Positions 62,583 to 64,000 of a DNA stretch of 64,000 nucleotides are shown one piece after another. Source of the DNA: Candidatus Methylacidiphilales bacterium (GTDB lineage Bacteria > Pseudomonadota > Gammaproteobacteria > JASGCS01). Numbering within the stretch: the first letter of the stretch is position 1; every line of letters begins with the position of its first letter. The position numbers and the translations under genes were made by a program. Location of the stretch: the NCBI GenBank assembly GCA_030054035.1, contig JASGCS010000001.1, forward strand, positions 270,280 to 334,279, written 5' to 3'. The notes under the pieces were generated by a model that was not told the DNA's origin, did not search any database, and worked only from the letters and a program-made list of their open reading frames with translations.

Positions 62583-63048
62583 CTTTTATTAACAATGTCG
62601 CAAACGCGCAGACAGCTTGATTGTTTCCAATTAGTCCAAGCGTTTCAGCAGTTTTTGCTTTAATGCTAATTAACGATTGATGGATTTTTAAAATTGTTGC
62701 TAGATTATTTTTGATAGGGGTTTTGTATTGCTTAAGGGAAGGCTTTTCAATAATAATGGTAGTGTCAAGATTTAAAATTGTATACCCTTTCTCTTTAAGC
62801 AATTGAGTGGCACTTAAAAGAAAAACTTCACTTGGCATATTCTTATATTTAATATCTGAATCTGGAAAATGCGATCCTATATCCTCTTCACCCATTGCTC
62901 CATACAGTGCGTCGCAAATTGCGTGGATTAAAACATCACCATCAGAATGAGCAACACAACCAAGCTCAGAATCTATAAACACGCCCCCAATAACTAAACG
63001 GTGGTTGGGGGCTAGTCTATGAATATCAAACCCTTGGCCTACACGCAT
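62572..63048 (-). CDS. ispF: 2-C-methyl-D-erythritol 2,4-cyclodiphosphate synthase
   Basis: MRVGQGFDIHRL…HSDGDVLIHAICDALYGA is a strong IspF signature. Confidence 0.95.
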   Translation of the reverse strand: MRVGQGFDIHRLAPNHRLVIGGVFIDSELGCVAHSDGDVLIHAICDALYGAMGEEDIGSHFPDSDIKYKNMPSEVFLLSATQLLKEKGYTILNLDTTIIIEKPSLKQYKTPIKNNLATILKIHQSLISIKAKTAETLGLIGNNQAVCAFATLLIKDAD

Positions 63049-63734
63049 AGGTATAATGAAGCGATAGTTATATCATGTTGATATGTTATCTTTATATTTT
63101 TAACACTACCAGTTAAAAGCACTGAATGATACCCTGCATAATGAATAGCGGAGACTTCATCATCAAAAACCAACTTATGACTGCAGGCTAAAGAAAGTGA
63201 ATGGTATAAATGCTCAAATCTAAATACTTGAGGTGTTTGTGATAGATAAAATTCACTTCGATTAACTGGAACAATCGCCCCATCTAAGTCTATTTTTTTC
63301 AGAGCGTCTGTAATCGGTATAGCAAAATGACCACCATACGGATGGTTTTCAATCTTAATGAGCTCTTCTCGAAGATCCCAAGAAAATACAGGTCGTACAG
63401 CATCATGGACGATTACCCATTCATTTGGTTTAGCAAAATTCTTTAAATATTCAAGCGAATTCATAACTGAATCCTGTCTGGTTACACCTCCATTTATAGT
63501 GTGGACATTTGGAGGGATATTTTTTATCTTACTGAAATTATTATCTAATTTAGAAATTGGAATAATAATTTTGCTTGGCCTAAAGATTTCGTTTAATGAA
63601 TGGATGGTGTGTGTAATAATTTCCTTATCGTGAATAACAACATACTGTTTTGGTTGCTTGGCTAAAAAACGCTGCCCGATTCCAGAGGCTGGAATAACCA
63701 CCCAGTTAGGGGCGTCTAGAAGTTGGTTGCTCAT
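63039..63734 (-). CDS. ispD: 2-C-methyl-D-erythritol 4-phosphate cytidylyltransferase
   Basis: WVVIPASGIGQRF is the IspD P-loop-like motif. The likely start is the internal Met (MSNQLL). Confidence 0.9.
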   Translation of the reverse strand: MSNQLLDAPNWVVIPASGIGQRFLAKQPKQYVVIHDKEIITHTIHSLNEIFRPSKIIIPISKLDNNFSKIKNIPPNVHTINGGVTRQDSVMNSLEYLKNFAKPNEWVIVHDAVRPVFSWDLREELIKIENHPYGGHFAIPITDALKKIDLDGAIVPVNRSEFYLSQTPQVFRFEHLYHSLSLACSHKLVFDDEVSAIHYAGYHSVLLTGSVKNIKITYQHDITIASLYLCV

Positions 63735-64000
63735 CGAGATTGTAAAGCTGAATAAAAAGCTCATTTTTTTTCACCATACCTAAATTTCTTCTGGCGTAAT
63801 CTTCATATCTTAAATCAAGATTATTTTTGGATTGAATTGCATATATTTCATTTTTTAATTTTTTTATTTCATCTTGTAACGACAAAATCGTATGTTCAAT
63901 TGACGCTATTTCTTTCTTTACTACTGCAGTATACAAAATACCTTTTTTTCCTAAGGTGATATGGTACACATTAGCAACAGTAATCAAAACTAACAGCCAG
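63706..64000 (-). CDS. ftsB: cell division protein FtsB (5' end beyond window)
   Basis: A TM segment precedes a coiled-coil (…LQDEIKKLKNEIYAIQ…) and a conserved C-terminal …ARRNLGMVKKNE…F motif. The ftsB-ispD-ispF order matches E. coli. The reading frame is open to the window end. Confidence 0.7.
   Translation of the reverse strand, partial: WLLVLITVANVYHITLGKKGILYTAVVKKEIASIEHTILSLQDEIKKLKNEIYAIQSKNNLDLRYEDYARRNLGMVKKNELFIQLYNLDEQPTSRRP

Overview
This looks like a tightly packed, AT-rich core-chromosome window from a Gram-negative bacterium, probably a gammaproteobacterium, with almost no intergenic space. That call rests on Lol, MsbA/LpxK/KdsB, BamE, three TonB-dependent receptors with ExbB/ExbD, an LDH-like malate dehydrogenase and a 497-aa PGI. 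Several blocks follow classic E. coli gene order: recA-recX-alaS-(lysC)-csrA-tRNA-Ser(GCU); nadK-recN-bamE / ratA-like / smpB; comEC-exbB-exbD-msbA-lpxK-kdsB; ftsB-ispD-ispF. Two tRNAs are present, Ser-GCU and Asn-GUU. I found no rRNA, CRISPR array, IS element or transposase, and no recognisable defence system. The most striking sequence-level feature is a perfect inverted repeat of about 120 bp with a 53-bp spacer at the 5' end of mfd. One arm is a reverse-complement copy of mfd codons, and the Mfd ORF lacks its first ~70 codons. This is either a foldback or inverted-duplication rearrangement, or an assembly or amplification chimera. Other loci worth a second look: an island between murI and pncA holding an orphan RTX-repeat protein with a Lys-rich tail and a dgkA-linked pair of uncharacterised membrane and secreted proteins; an orphan AddB/Cas4-like iron-staple nuclease with no helicase partner; tandem paralogous TonB-dependent receptors with an exported unknown protein; a DnaQ-like exonuclease inserted into the ratA/smpB locus; a periplasmic rhodanese-like protein apparently lacking the catalytic Cys; and an oxidase gene with near-total G-depletion on one strand. 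Most of the window is ordinary housekeeping. I could not identify a coherent novel multi-gene system from sequence alone.
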